Below, one piece after another: positions 63,668 to 64,000 of a DNA stretch of 64,000 bases. The stretch lies in contig JAHJQX010000010.1 of the NCBI GenBank assembly GCA_018818965.1, positions 4,579 through 68,578 on the forward strand. The letters run 5' to 3'. Numbering within the stretch: the stretch's first letter is position 1; each line of letters starts with the position of its first letter. The notes under the pieces are model-generated. The model worked only from the letters and a program-made list of their open reading frames with translations, was not told the DNA's origin and did no database searches. Made by a program: the position numbers and the translations under genes. The stretch comes from Patescibacteria group bacterium. Lineage in GTDB: Bacteria; Patescibacteriota; JABMPQ01.

Positions 63668-64000
63668 CTACTCGCTACTTTTTTTCTTCATGAAAAACAT
63701 TGCTGCCAGTGGCGCCAACATCCACAAAAAACGGCTATTGTCCGCAGCAAACAAAGTCTTAGTAAACGGTCCCAATGATGCCAAGGCTGTCTCTGGTAAA
63801 AAGGATAAAACAATACTAATTAATAGTCCCACTTGCAAAAAACTGAAAACAATGATTTGTACGATCCCCGCTTCCGCCGAAAAAGTAGATAACGCTCCCA
63901 CCCGAGCGAACAAGAGAAATAATCCTACTACACAAACCAGAAAAACTGCTATTTGTAAAAAAGCAACCTGACTAAATCCTAATCGCTGTGAACTTTCTTC
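63668..64000 (-). CDS. hypothetical polytopic membrane protein; 5' end outside the window
   Basis: The minus-strand frame stays open from 63913 to the window edge at 64000. The ORF-track Met is actually a TTG codon, and the hydrophobic sequence continues upstream. Confidence 0.4.
   Translation of the reverse strand, partial: EESSQRLGFSQVAFLQIAVFLVCVVGLFLLFARVGALSTFSAEAGIVQIIVFSFLQVGLLISIVLSFLPETALASLGPFTKTLFAADNSRFLWMLAPLAAMFFMKKKSSE

Noticed and set aside
1-64000. CRISPR arrays, DGR (RT with TR/VR), tmRNA, SRP RNA and rRNA
   Set aside because: No direct-repeat/spacer periodicity, no reverse transcriptase ORF, and no tmRNA or SRP conserved motifs were found on either strand. The only RNA genes supported are the two tRNAs and rnpB.

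Overview
This 64-kb window is gene-dense, about 40% GC, and almost entirely coding. It reads like a small-genome bacterium of the CPR/Patescibacteria type (inference): it carries an intein, N-terminally extended ribosomal proteins, a truncated AlaRS, and very few SD sequences.

The plus-strand block (1-12977) encodes a C39-like peptidase (5' truncated), a GC-rich unknown membrane protein, glmS, a HAD hydrolase, glmM, a PFOR beta-type TPP subunit interrupted by a LAGLIDADG intein, a DUF4352/DUF4349 pair, glnA and a U32 peptidase.

An IS1595-family transposase and tRNA-Gln(CUG) follow. After them comes a ~25-kb co-directional minus-strand array: wecA-like, GT2, ftsQ, alr, serS, an exported beta-helix membrane protein, a nucleotidyltransferase, a lysS fused to a C-terminal HD domain, greA, mrdA-mreDCB, proS, rseP, frr, holB, suhB-like, GT4, a second mreB and murA.

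Further minus-strand genes are rpsI-rplM and rplQ-rpoA-rpsD-rpsK-rpsM-rpmJ-infA (rpmJ is absent from the ORF track), then a 622-aa unknown, ftsA, alaS, mnmA, and a three-gene locus: a sigma-region-4/HARE-HTH protein, a membrane protein and a TraD/VirD4-like ATPase. wbaP, RNase P RNA (rnpB, which has no ORF), radC, an HExxH secreted protein and tRNA-Lys(UUU) follow.

Signals not explained by the ORF track:
- a 151-nt perfectly nested palindromic element (5047-5197) between the HAD gene and glmM;
- near-identical terminator hairpins after both tRNAs;
- an 11-bp operator-like palindrome (850-886);
- several intrinsic terminators and extended -10 promoters.
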